Position numbers and translations under genes: made by a program
From: Nitrosopumilus maritimus SCM1
GTDB taxonomy: Archaea > Thermoproteota > Nitrososphaeria > Nitrososphaerales > Nitrosopumilaceae
Assembly (NCBI RefSeq): GCF_000018465.1
Contig: NC_010085.1
Coordinates: 840,001-872,000 of the forward strand
DNA length: 32,000 nucleotides
Direction: 5' to 3'
The notes under the pieces: model-generated
What the model was told of the DNA's origin: nothing
What the model saw: the letters and a program-made list of their open reading frames with translations, nothing else
Database searches by the model: none
Part shown: piece by piece, positions 16,416 through 24,991 of the stretch
How positions within the stretch are numbered: the stretch's first letter is position 1
How the letters are laid out: each line of letters opens with the position of its first letter

Positions 16416-17327
16416 ATGATTACAGAACTTGTACATCAAAAGAGTTGTAAAAAAAACAAGATTGTAACTGATCTGAATACAGGAGAGATTGCATGCACGA
16501 ATTGCGGTGCAGTACTCTCTGAAAGAGTAGTTGACAGTGGTCCAGAAAGTCTAGGGATGACTGGAGAAGAATATCAAACCAACAGTAGAGTTGGAAGAAA
16601 AATTTCATTAAAAATGATAGACATGGGATTATCAACCATTATTGAGGCTAAAGACAAAGATGCAACAGGAAAAGGGCTATCAAATGAGAACAAGAGAATG
16701 TTTTATCGCCTAAGAATGTGGGATAGAAATAGTCGTTCTGCAAGTACCGCCAAATCATTTCAAAAGGCATTCACCATGCTTGATGGAATCAGTGCTAAAC
16801 TAGGACTTCCAGAGCCAGTAATAGAACAAACTGCATATCTATTTAGAAAAATTGCTGCAAAAAAGATTCTTGCAGGAAGATCTACAGCAGGGATTCTTTG
16901 TGCAGCAATTTACATCACATGCAGAATGACAAATACACCAAGAACTTTACAAGATGTGGCAAATGCTGGAAATGTAAATAAAAAAAACATTCAAAGAACA
17001 TACAGATTTCTTGCAAGAGAATTAGACATTACACCAGAAATTTATCATCCAACAGAATTTGTAACACGAATTGCAAAGGCAGTAGACATCTCTGAGAAAA
17101 CAGAAAGATTGGCATTTAGAATTTTAGATCTTTCTGCAAGAAACGGAGTATTAGAAAGTAAAAATCCAATGGCAATGGCTGCTGCTGCAACATATCTCGC
17201 ATCAGTAAAAAACGATGAAAGAATTTCTCAGTTAAAAATTTCCAAAGTCTCTGGCATTAGTGCAGTTACAATCAGAGATAGAACAAAAGAAATTTTGAAA
17301 AAGATAGGAGGTGAAATTAATGGGTAG
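16416..17327 (+). CDS. tfb: transcription initiation factor B paralog with a degenerate N-terminal zinc ribbon
   Basis: Two cyclin-like repeats (RSTAGILCAAIYITCR, NPMAMAAAATYLA). The ribbon reads SCKKNK...CTNCG, so the first knuckle is CxxN rather than CxxC. GPESL replaces the usual GPEWR. I prefer ATG 16416 to the track start 16338, which overlaps the mini-ORF in another frame. Confidence 0.9.
   Translation: MITELVHQKSCKKNKIVTDLNTGEIACTNCGAVLSERVVDSGPESLGMTGEEYQTNSRVGRKISLKMIDMGLSTIIEAKDKDATGKGLSNENKRMFYRLRMWDRNSRSASTAKSFQKAFTMLDGISAKLGLPEPVIEQTAYLFRKIAAKKILAGRSTAGILCAAIYITCRMTNTPRTLQDVANAGNVNKKNIQRTYRFLARELDITPEIYHPTEFVTRIAKAVDISEKTERLAFRILDLSARNGVLESKNPMAMAAAATYLASVKNDERISQLKISKVSGISAVTIRDRTKEILKKIGGEING
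17307..17313 (+). promoter_or_regulatory. Shine-Dalgarno-like GGAGGTG, 6 nt upstream of ATG 17320
   Basis: GGAGGTG lies inside the 3' end of the TFB gene. This suggests coupled translation of the downstream Cys-rich ORF. Confidence 0.5.
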
Positions 17328-17502
17328 GACATGTAGGGGAATTTGTGAAATGCATCAAGCAATACCAGTTCCAAATAAAATTAGATATGAGATTGGACAA
17401 AAAAGATGTACATTTTGTGGCATATTCATGTCAACATGTGATGCAAGATGTATGTGTTGTAAAGCAGTACTTAGAACAAAACCAAGGAGTAAGAAAAAGT
17501 AG
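17320..17502 (+). CDS. small cysteine-rich (putative zinc-binding) basic protein
   Basis: 60 aa: MGRTCRGICEMH...KRCTFCGIFMSTCDARCMCCKAVLRTKPRSKKK, with 8 Cys and a basic tail. Overlaps the TFB stop by 8 nt and is preceded by an SD-like sequence. Confidence 0.55.
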   Translation: MGRTCRGICEMHQAIPVPNKIRYEIGQKRCTFCGIFMSTCDARCMCCKAVLRTKPRSKKK

Positions 17503-18714
17503 TTACTTTTTTGCAGCACTAACTAGAGATACAACATCTCTATCTCGTAGTTGGTAATCCACAGGCAATCTAAGATTATATCTCAAATCCTTACCATACA
17601 AAAGACCCTTTGTTAGGTCAGTGTGAATCTCTTTTGCAAGATCATTAATGGTAGCACCATCCTTTAGTAAAATCAAGTCAGGAAGAATTCTTCCTTTCTT
17701 ATCAGCAAGTTTTGTTTCATCAGCAACAGGGTATATTGAATTCATTTTGAGTAATTTGAATACTGCAACGTTAATGGCAAATTGAACTCCAGTACGCATG
17801 TATTCACCCATGATTCCTTTTTTGATAAAATCCAAAGCGTTGATTTGCTTTTCATTTAGTTCATCAGATTTGAGGATGTCAAATTGTTCAGAGCCAGGCG
17901 AATATTTTATCAGTCCTTTTTGTTCTGCACGTCTTAGACTAAATTCACTATCACCACTAGCAGGTATCACAATAGAATCATTGTAGCGTTCCCTTAGCCT
18001 AGCAAAATTCTTGTCTGCACCATCTACATCAATTTTATTTGCGACAATCAGTGTGGGTTTTGAAATTTTTCTTAAATGACTTGCAAACTTTTTGCTGTCA
18101 ACCATATCAAAATCATCAAAGTTTTTCTCTTCAAGACCAGTTGCAACAAGAGATTCCTTGACATGAAATTTGTTTACACCAATTCCACGATAAAGATCAG
18201 TTACAGTATCAACAAATTCAGAGCCAGAATTAATTAACTTGGATACTTTTTCTCTATTTCCTTCAAGAATTTTATGATACCACATTATCAATTCTTCTTC
18301 AATATCTGCAAAGTCAGATATTGGATCACCTGTTCCAACCTCAGTAATTTTTCCAGTAGAGTCTATACCACCTGATGCATCAACCACATGTAACAATGCA
18401 TCAGATTGTGCTGCAATTGAAAGAAATTGATTTCCCAATCCTTTTCCTTTCCAGGCATCTTTGATCAATCCAGGAAGATCAATTAGTTCAATTGGAATGT
18501 ATCTCCAACCATCAACACATTTGGAATTATTAGGATTATCTTGAATTTTGAATTCAGGATGTACACAAAGTGTGATTGCATTTGCAATTCCAGACACAGG
18601 TGATTTTGTAGTGAATGGATAAGATGAGATTTCTTCTGAAGACAAAGTTGCAGAGTTGAAGAAAGTAGTTTTGCCAGTGTTGGTTTTACCAATTAATCCA
18701 AGTTTGATTGGCAT
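17503..18714 (-). CDS. OBG-family GTPase (YchF/DRG-type) with TGS-like C-terminus
   Basis: 403 aa. G1 GKTNTGKT, G3 DLPGL, G4 NKID. C-terminal block LRDRDVVSLV. Confidence 0.85.
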   Translation of the reverse strand: MPIKLGLIGKTNTGKTTFFNSATLSSEEISSYPFTTKSPVSGIANAITLCVHPEFKIQDNPNNSKCVDGWRYIPIELIDLPGLIKDAWKGKGLGNQFLSIAAQSDALLHVVDASGGIDSTGKITEVGTGDPISDFADIEEELIMWYHKILEGNREKVSKLINSGSEFVDTVTDLYRGIGVNKFHVKESLVATGLEEKNFDDFDMVDSKKFASHLRKISKPTLIVANKIDVDGADKNFARLRERYNDSIVIPASGDSEFSLRRAEQKGLIKYSPGSEQFDILKSDELNEKQINALDFIKKGIMGEYMRTGVQFAINVAVFKLLKMNSIYPVADETKLADKKGRILPDLILLKDGATINDLAKEIHTDLTKGLLYGKDLRYNLRLPVDYQLRDRDVVSLVSAAKK

Positions 18715-18748
18715 GAATGGATTTTCATTTGAGAATATTTATCTCTGC

Positions 18749-19114
18749 CTAGGAATCAGCATTGGTTTTGTTTTTGATTTTTTCAAGTGACTCTATTAGT
18801 TCTTTGATTGCCCACTCTATATCAGCCACATCTTCATCAGATAGTGAACCCTTCCATTTTTCTAAAACACTGGTTGCAATCTCTGAGGAATTGTACAATA
18901 AATTCCAGTATGGGTGGTGCTCAGCAGTAGTATAGGATAATTCAGTAACATCGTTTAGGCCGTTTTGTGCCCTTGCCAAAGAAGTGATTTTTTCGCCAAA
19001 TATTTTTACAATGTCATTATCAAGATCTTTTTCAATTTTTAGTGGAATGTTTTTTGTTTCATATTTTTTTGCCAAATCAAGTAAATCATGATAGAAGCCC
19101 TCAAAATTTTCCAT
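18749..19114 (-). CDS. hypothetical helical acidic protein
   Basis: 121-aa ORF with a 1-nt gap to the upstream CoA-binding gene. No recognisable motif. Confidence 0.5.
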   Translation of the reverse strand: MENFEGFYHDLLDLAKKYETKNIPLKIEKDLDNDIVKIFGEKITSLARAQNGLNDVTELSYTTAEHHPYWNLLYNSSEIATSVLEKWKGSLSDEDVADIEWAIKELIESLEKIKNKTNADS

Positions 19115-19115
19115 A

Positions 19116-19526
19116 TCAACATAGCCTCTGATGTTCAGCTAGCATACATCGGTTGAATACAACGGTGATTCCTGCGTTTCTAGCTAGTTCTTCAGCTTCA
19201 GCATTGTGTATTCCTTCTTGAAGCCATATTACTTTGGGTTTTTTCTTTATTGCTTCTTGAACAAATGGCAAGACTTCATCAGAAGGTCTAAAGACATCTA
19301 CAATGTCAACATCCTCATCAATATCAGATACAGAGTCATAGCATTTTTTTCCTAAAATTTCATCAGCAGAAGGATTTACAGGGGTTATATCAAATCCATT
19401 TTCAGAGAGATATCTAGGCACGTAATGAGCAGCCTTTGAAGGGTTTTTTGACATTCCAATAACGGCTACTTTTTTCATAGACAAAATGTCTTGAATCTGT
19501 TTGTCAGTATGATCGTCTTGTTCCAC
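19116..19526 (-). CDS. CoA-binding domain protein (YccU/YneT-like)
   Basis: 136 aa, GTG start. KKVAVIGMSKNPSKAAHYVPRYL...ITPVNP fits the CoA_binding_2 pattern. Confidence 0.8.
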   Translation of the reverse strand: MEQDDHTDKQIQDILSMKKVAVIGMSKNPSKAAHYVPRYLSENGFDITPVNPSADEILGKKCYDSVSDIDEDVDIVDVFRPSDEVLPFVQEAIKKKPKVIWLQEGIHNAEAEELARNAGITVVFNRCMLAEHQRLC

Positions 19527-19606
19527 AACAAATCTACAATCATCATGAATATAATTTTTGAAAAATTACACAAAGAATTTTTTAGTGGGAGACAAAAACA
19601 AAACAC

Positions 19607-20128
19607 ATGGAAGAAGAGGCAAAGGACATTATTGTTTTAGGAGCAATCAGAAGAGGAGAGAGAAAATTTGATAAAATTCAAAGATCAACTCAAATCAAAC
19701 CTGAAGAGCTCAATGAAATTTTAGAAAAATTAGAAGAAAGAGGATTCATCAAGGTAGAAGAAAAGAAAGGGTGGCTAGGCAAAAAAATTGAATTGAGTGT
19801 TACAGAAAAAGGCTCAAACGAATTAGACCAAAGATTACACGAAGTTAAAGAAAAATGGAGTCAAATGCAAGCATTGTATCAAAGTGGAGATAAGAAAAAG
19901 CTTCAGGGATTCATGGATGACAACAGATCATTTTTTCCAATGATGATGTTTTTTGGTGTCATGGATATCATGATGTTTAGCATGATGTTTAGCATGATTG
20001 GAGCTAGTATGGGAGATTATGTCCCAGCTGAGAGTATGCCAGATGGTGCCGATGGAGGAATGGATGATGGCGGCATGGACGGCGGAGGCATGGATGATGG
20101 CGGTTTTGACATCGACATTGGTTTCTAG
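19607..20128 (+). CDS. winged-helix DNA-binding domain protein with a Met-rich transmembrane segment and an acidic GGMDD-repeat tail
   Basis: 173 aa. The N-terminal ~75 aa look like an archaeal wHTH (KFDKIQRSTQIKPEELNEILEKLEERGFIKV). This is followed by FFPMMMFFGVMDIMMFSMMFSMIGASMG and then DGGMDDGGMDGGGMDDGGFDIDIGF. Confidence 0.65.
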   Translation: MEEEAKDIIVLGAIRRGERKFDKIQRSTQIKPEELNEILEKLEERGFIKVEEKKGWLGKKIELSVTEKGSNELDQRLHEVKEKWSQMQALYQSGDKKKLQGFMDDNRSFFPMMMFFGVMDIMMFSMMFSMIGASMGDYVPAESMPDGADGGMDDGGMDGGGMDDGGFDIDIGF

Positions 20129-20164
20129 TGTAAATTTTATACTTGAAACAAAAACAAACTACAA

Positions 20165-21172
20165 TTGATTTACAATTCGTTTGATAATCCAGGACTAGTC
20201 AAAGTTCTTACATTTTTGCAAACTCACAATACAGAATATCTTTCTGGACAAGATTTGAGTGATGTGTTAAGAATTAGCAGAGTTGCAGTATGGAAACATA
20301 TCAAAAAAATTCAAGAGTTAGGATATACAGTAGAGTCAAAACAAAAACTAGGATACAAATTAACAAAAAATTCGGATGCTTTACTTCCTTGGGAAATTAC
20401 TTCAGGTTTGAAAACAAAAACACTTGGTCAGCATGCATTTTACTTTGATTCAACTGATTCAACGCAAAATCAGGCATTAAAGATGGCAATAGAACCAGAA
20501 AACAATGGTGCGATAATAGTAGCAGAAAAACAAACTGGTGGGAGAGGGAGATCTGGTAGAAAATGGGTTTCGCCAAAAGGAGGGATATGGTTTTCTATCA
20601 TATTACATCCAAGATTTGACATATCAATAACAACATTATTTCCAATTGCATCGGCATTAGCATTATCAATTGCACTTGAAAAGACATTCAAGATTTCTCC
20701 AGAACTAAAATGGCCAAATGACATTACAATCAAAGGTAAAAAATTAGCAGGGATGCTAGTTGATGTATCATTAGAATCAAACAAAATTGAGAATCTAGTG
20801 TTGGGTGTAGGGATTAATTTTGATGTAGATGTGAAACAGATTGAGAAAAATCTCAAAGGAACACCAAATTTTTACGGAGTTGCATCACTTAATGAGAAAA
20901 AAATAAAAATCAGACCAGTAGAATTGGTCCAATCGTTTTTGGTAGAATTAGAAAAAATTTACAAATTGCTAGATACAAAACAAACAAAAAAAATCATTTC
21001 AGAATGGACAAAAAGGTCATCAACGATTGGAAAAAATGTAAAACTAAACACAGTTGATGGGGAAATTAAGGGAAAAGCAATTAGGATTGATGACGATGGA
21101 GCACTGGTTGTATCTGACAACAAGGATACAAACAGAGTGATAGCAGGAGATATTATTCACGTATCAAAATAG
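20165..21172 (+). CDS. birA: bifunctional biotin-[acetyl-CoA-carboxylase] ligase / HTH repressor-type BirA
   Basis: 335 aa, TTG start. N-terminal HTH (LSGQDLSDVLRISRVAVWKHIKKIQELGY) and the biotin-ligase signature GGRGRSGRKWVSPKGG. Confidence 0.9.
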   Translation: MIYNSFDNPGLVKVLTFLQTHNTEYLSGQDLSDVLRISRVAVWKHIKKIQELGYTVESKQKLGYKLTKNSDALLPWEITSGLKTKTLGQHAFYFDSTDSTQNQALKMAIEPENNGAIIVAEKQTGGRGRSGRKWVSPKGGIWFSIILHPRFDISITTLFPIASALALSIALEKTFKISPELKWPNDITIKGKKLAGMLVDVSLESNKIENLVLGVGINFDVDVKQIEKNLKGTPNFYGVASLNEKKIKIRPVELVQSFLVELEKIYKLLDTKQTKKIISEWTKRSSTIGKNVKLNTVDGEIKGKAIRIDDDGALVVSDNKDTNRVIAGDIIHVSK

Positions 21173-21535
21173 TTATTTTTTTGTAGTTTTTGTTTTTCGT
21201 TTTGTAGAAATTCGTTTTGCAGGAGTTCGTTTTGGTTTTGAAAGTAGAGAGGATTGTTCCTTTACAATTTCTTTAAGATCATTTTGTATTTCAAACACCG
21301 TAGAAAGCAATTCTTCTAATGCATCAGAATATTTTTGATATATTGCAAGAAGTTCAGTTTGTTTAAGATTTGTTTTTTGAAGATATTCATTAGATCTTAT
21401 GAGATTTGCAGTCTCAACTAGTTCAGGAATATCAGATACAGGATCGCTTAGTTGTGCTAAATCTGCTTCTGCCTGTTGTATTTTTTTGCGTAGATCATAA
21501 ATGATGTTGCCAACTCCAACTTTTTCCAATATCAA
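21173..21535 (-). CDS. hypothetical coiled-coil protein with a lysine/arginine-rich tail
   Basis: 120 aa, TTG start, helical heptad-like body, tail KPKRTPAKRISTKRKTKTTKK. No gap to the birA stop, which lies on the opposite strand. Confidence 0.5.
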   Translation of the reverse strand: MILEKVGVGNIIYDLRKKIQQAEADLAQLSDPVSDIPELVETANLIRSNEYLQKTNLKQTELLAIYQKYSDALEELLSTVFEIQNDLKEIVKEQSSLLSKPKRTPAKRISTKRKTKTTKK

Positions 21536-21645
21536 AAGACATATCCCGAATAAATTAAAGATTTTCCAAGGTTAGAAAAACAATAGAATTAACATGCGTA
21601 CAAATTAGTAGAAAATAGAAATAAACCACGAATCTGTCATTAAAC

Positions 21646-23085
21646 ATGCTAAGTAATTTTAAAAAAATTTCTTGTCTTTTAGCAATTATCATACTTTGTA
21701 CACAAAGTTTTACAGGAATTTCGTTTGCTCAAATTAATCAAGAACCTGAAGTGATGTTTAATCAAGCAACAGAATTGTTTCACAATGGCGAGTACAAGGA
21801 AGCAATATCAATTTATGATGACATACTAGAGATTGCGCCAAACAACATTTCCACATTAAAAATGAAAGGAATAGCTCAGAGTAATCAAGGGGATCATAAA
21901 AAATCGCTAGAACAATTCTTTACAGTTTTACAACACCGACCAAATGATGTCATATCATTAGCTGGAATGGGTGTAGGGTTAGGATATTTAGGTGAATATC
22001 AAGAGGCAACATCATATTTTGAAAAGGCACTCAAAGAAAAGCCAAATAGCATAGTCATACAAAATTACATGGAATTTATCAATAATGTAATTACGAAATA
22101 TCCATACACACCTACAGAAAAGCCTGATGGGTTAGACGGAAAAACAACCGCATCCATTCCAGATTGGGTAAAACCGATAGCAAAATGGTGGTCAACAAAT
22201 AGTATTGATGATGCAGAGTTTGTTTCAGCATTAATGTTTATGATTAATAATAAAATTATTGAAATTCCTCCAGTCGAGACACAAGAAGTTTCTGAAGAAA
22301 AAATCCCAGAGTGGATAAAGAACAATGCAGGGTGGTGGGCAGATGGAGAAATTGACGATGATGCATTTGTTCAAGGAATACAATACATGATAGAAAAAGG
22401 ATTAATCATAATCAAAGTTGAAGAAGCAACACAAAAAACACAAGAGGAGTTAGATCATGAATTTTATCTGTTTGAAAGATATCTAAGAGACATTTCAAAC
22501 AACATATCAAAAGAAAAGCGTTACATAGAATTTCCAAACCCTAGTCAAGATGTAATCAAAAAATTTCTCAGAGATTATGTAAAATGGAATTTTGAAGAAG
22601 AAGTAAAGAAAGCATCTAGTAAATTCCCAGATCCCACATACGAAATTATTGATGACACATACATTGTATATTACAAAGTGTACATTAATGAGCAACCCTC
22701 TGGATTGCCACTAGATCACGTCAGCACATTAACTGACTCATTTGCATTTTGGGAACAACAAGAATTGTCAGTTAATAATCAAAAATTAAAAATAAAATTC
22801 GAGGTAACAAACTTGAAGCATGAAGCAAATGTTTGGGTAACATGGGTAGTTCGAAACCTTGGTGAAGGGGTTTTAGGACATGCACATCTTGGTAAAGGAA
22901 TTGTCGAAGTAGCATTAGGTGATTTCAATTGTGATGGAAGTTTTCAATTGTATGATGTAGATAGTGTAAGAACAATCATGACACATGAGTTAGGTCATTC
23001 TATAGGTTTGAAACATGTCGAGGATAGAACAAGTATAATGTATCCATCATTCAATCCTTCATACGCATATTGTTTGCTAAGTTAA
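21646..23085 (+). CDS. secreted multidomain protein: TPR repeats + two WW modules + C-terminal metzincin (matrixin-like) zinc protease
   Basis: 479 aa with an N-terminal signal/anchor. TPR-like repeats (YKEAISIYDDILEIAPNN...). WW modules (IPDWVKPIAKWWS..., IPEWIKNNAGWWADGEIDDDAF...). HELGHSIGLKH matches HExxHxxGxxH, with the Met-turn SIMYP following. Confidence 0.85.
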   Translation: MLSNFKKISCLLAIIILCTQSFTGISFAQINQEPEVMFNQATELFHNGEYKEAISIYDDILEIAPNNISTLKMKGIAQSNQGDHKKSLEQFFTVLQHRPNDVISLAGMGVGLGYLGEYQEATSYFEKALKEKPNSIVIQNYMEFINNVITKYPYTPTEKPDGLDGKTTASIPDWVKPIAKWWSTNSIDDAEFVSALMFMINNKIIEIPPVETQEVSEEKIPEWIKNNAGWWADGEIDDDAFVQGIQYMIEKGLIIIKVEEATQKTQEELDHEFYLFERYLRDISNNISKEKRYIEFPNPSQDVIKKFLRDYVKWNFEEEVKKASSKFPDPTYEIIDDTYIVYYKVYINEQPSGLPLDHVSTLTDSFAFWEQQELSVNNQKLKIKFEVTNLKHEANVWVTWVVRNLGEGVLGHAHLGKGIVEVALGDFNCDGSFQLYDVDSVRTIMTHELGHSIGLKHVEDRTSIMYPSFNPSYAYCLLS

Positions 23086-23157
23086 TTTTCAAAATTTTTC
23101 AAAAAAAATCTCAGTTAGCTTAACCTACACACAAATAACCGGTAGAAATTAGGTAAA

Positions 23158-24105
23158 ATGGATAATAAGGCAATTGCTGAAATCCAAGTAATTATGCTTA
23201 GAAATCAAATGGTCACAGGATCAAAATGTCCAGCCTGTGGCGATAAGAAAATGATTACAGATGAGAACACCGGAGAATTATTTTGTGGAAAATGTGGATT
23301 TGTAGTATCAGATAAAATTGCAGACACAGGTGCTGAATGGCGTTCTTTCTCAAATGATGAAGGAAACAAAGCCAGAACAGGTGCAGGAACATCACTTACA
23401 ATGCATGATATGGGATTATCAACAGTAATTGGTGCAGCCAACAAAGATTCAACAGGAAAACCACTATCTGCAAGTGTCAAAAGTTCAATTGAAAGACTAC
23501 GAACTTGGGACAGTAGAAGTCAAGCACATTCTTCAGCAGACAGAAATCTGAGACAAGCACTCAATGAAATGGACAAACTAAAAGACAAACTTGCATTAAC
23601 TGATGCAGTAATTGAAAAAGCAGCTTACATTTACAGAAAAGCAATGGAGAAGAAACTAGTCAGAGGTCGTTCAATTCAAGGATTAGTTGCAGCATGTCTT
23701 TATGCATCTTGTAGAAATACAGAAACTCCAAGAACACTAGATGATGTTGCAAAAGGAATCAACATTAGAAGAAAAGATGTTGCCAGATGTTATAGATTAA
23801 TTTTCAGAGAACTAGAACTAAAAATGCCAGTAGTTGATCCTGTAAAAGGAGTTTCAAGAATTGCAAGCATTGCAGAGCTTAGTGAGAAAAGTAAACGTAA
23901 AGCAATTGCAATTCTTAATGAAGCAAAGAAGATGGGAGTAGTGGCAGGAAAAGATCCAATGGGAATAGCTGCTGCAGCACTTTATCTTGCATGTATCAGT
24001 ACAGGAGAGGTAAAATCTCAAAAGGACATATCCATAGCATCTGGAGTAACTGAGGTTACTATCAGAAACAGATGTGCAGGATTAAGAAAGATGATTAACG
24101 ATTAA
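23158..24105 (+). CDS. tfb: transcription initiation factor B (canonical)
   Basis: 315 aa. Intact ribbon CPACG-x15-CGKCG, AEWRSF B-reader region, and two cyclin repeats. The real start may be one of the downstream in-frame ATGs. Confidence 0.95.
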   Translation: MDNKAIAEIQVIMLRNQMVTGSKCPACGDKKMITDENTGELFCGKCGFVVSDKIADTGAEWRSFSNDEGNKARTGAGTSLTMHDMGLSTVIGAANKDSTGKPLSASVKSSIERLRTWDSRSQAHSSADRNLRQALNEMDKLKDKLALTDAVIEKAAYIYRKAMEKKLVRGRSIQGLVAACLYASCRNTETPRTLDDVAKGINIRRKDVARCYRLIFRELELKMPVVDPVKGVSRIASIAELSEKSKRKAIAILNEAKKMGVVAGKDPMGIAAAALYLACISTGEVKSQKDISIASGVTEVTIRNRCAGLRKMIND

Positions 24106-24107
24106 AA

Positions 24108-24515
24108 TCATTTCTGAGAACGTTCAAACTCTAATTTATCCCAAGGAAACACTACATATGCATTGTTGTTTGTTTTTTTACCATACAGTAATTGTTTAGG
24201 ATATTTTTGCCCACGTCTTGCAAATAATGTTACAAAGACTAGTTTTGATGGAATGTCAACTAGTTGGATAATTTCATTAAACGTATCTCCAGTGTCGTAA
24301 ATATCATCAACAAACAAAGAATTTGAATCAATTTTTCTTTTATCTACAAAGATTTTCTTTATTCCAAGATTGTCTGCAATCAAACGCGCAGGGACCAATC
24401 CACCTCTACTAACAGTAGTGATACTAGAAAAGGTTCTAGGTAATTTTGCGATTTTGTTTGAGAGTCTTTTAACAATAGATTCTATTTCAGACCAATCTAC
24501 ATCCTGAGACAACAT
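24108..24515 (-). CDS. small type-I phosphoribosyltransferase (purine PRTase-like)
   Basis: 135 aa with the PRPP-binding motif LFVDDIYDTGDTF. Confidence 0.8.
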   Translation of the reverse strand: MLSQDVDWSEIESIVKRLSNKIAKLPRTFSSITTVSRGGLVPARLIADNLGIKKIFVDKRKIDSNSLFVDDIYDTGDTFNEIIQLVDIPSKLVFVTLFARRGQKYPKQLLYGKKTNNNAYVVFPWDKLEFERSQK

Positions 24516-24551
24516 AGTAAAACCAGAATGAGTCGAATTAAGTTGTTATGT

Positions 24552-24944
24552 TTAGAAGGTCTTCATTGGAGAATTTTTCAATGGTTCAATAAGTTTGAGA
24601 ATCTTAAATGGGATTTTTCCAAAGTTGATGTCTTTTTCACAAGAGACTAGTAAAACATCATCATTGGATAATGGAAAACTCATGACGATTACCTTATCAC
24701 GATAAGACATTGAGAAATGAACTACACCAAATTCTTTATCAAATTCATGTCTCATTCGAACACGTAATGCCAATTCCATAAACATCATTTCATCTTGTTT
24801 TTGTGCCTCAAGGGACAACAATCCCTCCTTCATGCCACCTGCCATCAAATGACCTCTACTGTTGATGAGCCTAGCAGAACGCATCTTTGGGTCCAATTTA
24901 GTTATCTTTTTGCAGAGTTTCTCAAGTTCTTCGATGTTTCCCAT
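24552..24944 (-). CDS. Roadblock/LC7-like small protein (paralog A)
   Basis: 130 aa. Clear paralog of 29170..29577 (G.L..GG.KEGL ... RDK....SFP....LL.S.E). The fold assignment is an inference from size and pattern. Confidence 0.6.
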   Translation of the reverse strand: MGNIEELEKLCKKITKLDPKMRSARLINSRGHLMAGGMKEGLLSLEAQKQDEMMFMELALRVRMRHEFDKEFGVVHFSMSYRDKVIVMSFPLSNDDVLLVSCEKDINFGKIPFKILKLIEPLKNSPMKTF

Positions 24945-24991
24945 TTGTTTAATTTTACAAGCGAACTATTTATTGCGATCTGTTTCAATAG

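Noticed and set aside
19480-19551. A possible C/D-box sRNA on the minus strand: ATGATGA at 19550-19544 and CTGA about 30 nt downstream.
   Set aside because: The CTGA lies inside the first codons of the CoA-binding gene (GTGGAACAAGACGATCATACTGAC). There are no C'/D' boxes or terminal stem, and the spacing is too short. Most likely chance.
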